60,284 nucleotides of DNA from Nemertoderma westbladi (lineage: Eukaryota; Animalia; Xenacoelomorpha), in the NCBI GenBank assembly GCA_032718475.1, contig JAUCBJ010006232.1:1-60284 (forward strand), written 5' to 3'. Each line of letters starts with the position of its first letter. The first letter of the stretch is position 1. The notes beneath the pieces were generated by a model. That model ran no database searches and was not told where the DNA came from. It saw only the letters and a program-made list of their open reading frames with translations. Positions 57,337-60,284 of the stretch are shown piece by piece. Both the position numbers and the translations under genes were made by a program.

Positions 57337-57827
57337 ATTGATTTTAAACTATGAATTTGAATTGGATTTTATTGAATATTTGACTATTGAATTTGTGAAT
57401 GTTATAAATTGGGTACCTTGTACTTGTTTTTGTATGTTTTGTAATATACAAATGGACTAAATATACAAAATTAACATATTAAAATATTTTTTATGTAAAA
57501 ATAATTACAACTACAGAAAATGTCAGAATACCCTATATTAAAAAAAGTACCCTATATACGAGATAGGGTAAATCCATAACTGAATAATTACTTAAATGTT
57601 TTGGTAAAACACCCTATCTCGATTTTCTGCGCCATCTAGTGTCCAAGTACTTATCGGCACATGCCATAAAAATTATGGGCATTTTTTACTATATAGGGGA
57701 CCATTACGGAGTTATTTTAACATTGTTCCTAGCGTGGACAATCGATCAAACTAAATCGCTATTTTCTCAAAATGACATTTTTCGACATAGGGTATTTAGC
57801 CTTAGCACGGCAGCACCGGAGTTGGCA

Positions 57828-58280
57828 GTAATGAATTCCGACCGGTGTGTGAGTTATAAGCGTCGCTGCGTCCGTAGGCTGCTAAACTGTAGTCTGGATA
57901 TGTATGATAGGCTGAAAGGCCGTTGAAATAACTGAGTTTTACTGTCAGTTTGTATAATCACAGAACGTAATAATAGCACAGTCAGAATATAAATAGCACG
58001 GTATGACGACGGTTAAAACTGTTCCGGTCTCACAACCTGATTAATTGTCACCTCGCCACTCCCTGTTGCCACTATCCCCACTTGCTAGCCTTACTACTAG
58101 CCTGTTTATCCCTCTGAGGTGGTTTGACCTCTCAACTATCCCTGTGGCTTACGGCGTGTATCGCCTTAGTTGGTTGTGAGGTGACATTATTATTGGTAAT
58201 GTCACCTCGCCAACTATAATTGGTAAAATGCCACTCATCCCATTTTCGGTGGGTAGTGCAGGGAATTGAATCCGCTTACA
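57828..58280 (+). mobile_element. Second Ngaro/DIRS-like solo terminal-repeat unit
   Basis: Starts gtaatgaatt, ends gaattgaatccgcttaca. Motif order is shared with 22330-22811. Confidence 0.45.
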
Positions 58281-58589
58281 TTAACGGTGTTCTGAATTCT
58301 CTGTAATATTGGATAATATTTTATAATATTTAATATTGAATCTTTCTCTTGAAGAGATTACCGTTTTATAATTTTTTTTTTGTTTACTAAGAAGCACCTA
58401 GCTACTGTTTTATTGTAACAGGTTATAAACTAATTTTATTAAATTTCCGAAACAAAATGTAAATAAACGCCCACCACCTATACAGATATGGCAACAATCA
58501 GGTGCCTAGCAACTATTGTAAATATAAAATAATGTAAATAATTAAAAATGAAACAGTCTGGCAGTACTGTACTACTGTTCGGCCGCATC

Positions 58590-59030
58590 TCAAGTAGTGA
58601 GCAGAAGACACGCCCCATCCTCGAGCCCCAGCCCACTGCGCCACCTTACCCTAGAGCCACGCAGGCAGTGGGAGGAGCCACGGATGATGGCAAAGGAAAT
58701 CCGCCTCCGCACCCATCCCATAACCGTGCTGTAGGGGCGGTCCCATGCCCGGTGAAGCCTCTCGGCAATCACCCGCAACAGTTTATTGGTCTGGGGGGCC
58801 AACACTCCTTCACACGATGCGACGAAGGGTGAGAAGTCGCCTCGGCGCGCTGAAACAGCCTCAGAGTAAAGCCGTTTCTTTGCGTCCTCGGCCGACTCCA
58901 TGATGGAACTAGTGGTGGTGCGTTTCAGGTACGACTCGGCGTCAAGGTTGATTGTCCGTATGTCTATCAACGCCTGAGTCTGAACGCTGAAGGCACCACG
59001 TATCCCAACGTCGCACCGCAGCTCGAGCCG
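58590..59030 (-). mobile_element. 5'-truncated RLE-type (CRE/HERO-like) non-LTR retrotransposon C-terminus
   Basis: RCDVGIRG...ALIDIR...DAESY...AE..KKRLY...RRGDFSPFVAS.EG...WVRRRISFAIIR....CLRGSR. Confidence 0.85.
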
Positions 59031-59190
59031 TTTTATAACAACACACATTTGTGATTAAAATGTAATAATTAGAATTGTAAATTTTGAAACCTTAGCAATA
59101 ATTAATAGTAATTAATATTAATATAAACACCCAAGAGTTGCATATTTCTAGTAGTGACGGCTGAATGAATAGAGTTTGTAAAGTGTACAT

Positions 59191-59316
<126 letters not shown>

Positions 59317-59684
59317 TTAAGAGACTAAGCACTCTTAACTCTTTTTGCTTGTCACACTCAAGTTTTTGAGTGGGCATTTTACCAATTATAGTTGGCGAGG
59401 TGACATTACCAATAATAATGTCACCTCACAACCAACTATTAAAGAGTAATCTTTCTCTTTAATATTGAATTAGCTTTAATATTGGAATGTTTACGAATAT
59501 TAATTAAATTAACATTGACTTTAGAATATTTTATAATATATGTTTATTTTACATTTTTGTGATAATCTATTGACTTTAGTTTATTGTTTTAGTTAGAATA
59601 ACGTCCCCTTACTTGATAGTTAAAAATTGAGACAAGTTTGACGAGATGGCATTTTAGTTAAACACTTATGTGGTTTATAAAGAT

Positions 59685-59830
59685 GGTAGCTCGGCGTTTG
59701 TCATGTTTTGTCTCCAGCTGGTATTTAGGACTGCCCTTAGCAGTCTTGTGTAGCAACCCTCAATCCGTTGTTCAAGTAATTTAGTCAGTGTCCAGGTCTC
59801 ACCCCTACAGAAGCCCAAAGCGGACAGTAA
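59685..59830 (-). mobile_element. RTE-type LINE fragment from a different family
   Basis: GETWTLTKLLEQRIEGCYTRLLRAVLNTSWRQNMTNAEL. Confidence 0.75.
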
Positions 59831-59848
59831 ACTTCACACATTACTTTG

Positions 59849-60082
59849 GGGGTGTGTAGGTGTGGTTGACGGGATTTCACGTCATCCTCTCACATACATT
59901 GGGGGTAGTGGGTGTGTGAGTGACGTACTTCACGTCACTCTCACACACACGTTTTTCATCTTGGTGTACTTTTGACTGTGGCCACTGTGGGGTCAATTTG
60001 ACATCAACTTCGCGTCTACCACACACACGGGCCGGGGTGTGTGTGAGGGTGACGGACATTAACCGTCAACTACACACACCCT
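59849..60082. mobile_element. Palindromic MITE-like element
   Basis: gggtgtgt..gtggttgacgg...cgtcatcctctcaca mirrored by tgtgagggtgacgg...ccgtcaactacacacaccc. Internal hairpin gtgtgtgagtgacgt..acgtcactctcacac. Confidence 0.65.
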
Positions 60083-60284
60083 CATTCCCACAGATTTCGT
60101 AAACTACTAACGCCAATTTTCCTCAGTATAGTCCTAACATTTTTTATACTTTGAGGTGCCGGCAAATACATTATTGTAGGCCTACTAACTATTTTACACA
60201 TGAATGTAGCAACCAGATAGGGGGGCGTTCTCTCCATCATATTGGATAGTGTGTTACAGTAGATTTGAATATTTATAGACACCA

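Larger units (their letters stand above)
55147..57813 (+). mobile_element. Sola-like DNA transposon, both ends present
   Basis: TIRs ctgccgt..taaggctaaataccctat.tc.aaaaat at both ends, 4-bp TSD CACC (55143-55146 and 57814-57817), repeated subterminal taccctat/atagggta motifs, internal transposase remnant. The superfamily call rests on TSD length and transposase motifs. Confidence 0.8.

Noticed and set aside
60082-60282. 66-aa minus-strand ORF at the window edge
   Set aside because: No recognisable motif or splice support.

Overview
AT-rich, repeat-dense eukaryotic (probably invertebrate animal) DNA. One intact-looking host gene is present: a five-exon SLC7 (L-type amino-acid transporter light chain) on the + strand, 43197-52503, predicted 494 aa, whose second intron is filled by a ~4.4 kb G-rich 23-bp minisatellite. 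Most of the rest is transposon-derived. On the - strand is a large, decayed BEL/Pao-type LTR-retroelement derivative (8420-16676) with two diverged gag modules in tandem and a protease, but no RT/RNase H or integrase core. A related element (21635-25995) shares its 3' block and carries a long broken ORF that reads as a WRN/EXD2-like DEDDy 3'-5' exonuclease followed by CCHC zinc knuckles. Also present: three copies of one RTE-type LINE (one near full length), a tRNA-derived Nin/Deu-type SINE, a Sola-like DNA transposon with TIRs and a 4-bp TSD, two RLE-type non-LTR fragments (one directly downstream of an alpha-tubulin 3' fragment), two Ngaro/DIRS-like terminal repeats, many MITE/Helentron-like palindromes, and an intronless, bacterial-looking O-methyltransferase pseudogene. 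No searches were run; family assignments come from motif recognition and repeat boundaries are approximate unless a TSD is given.
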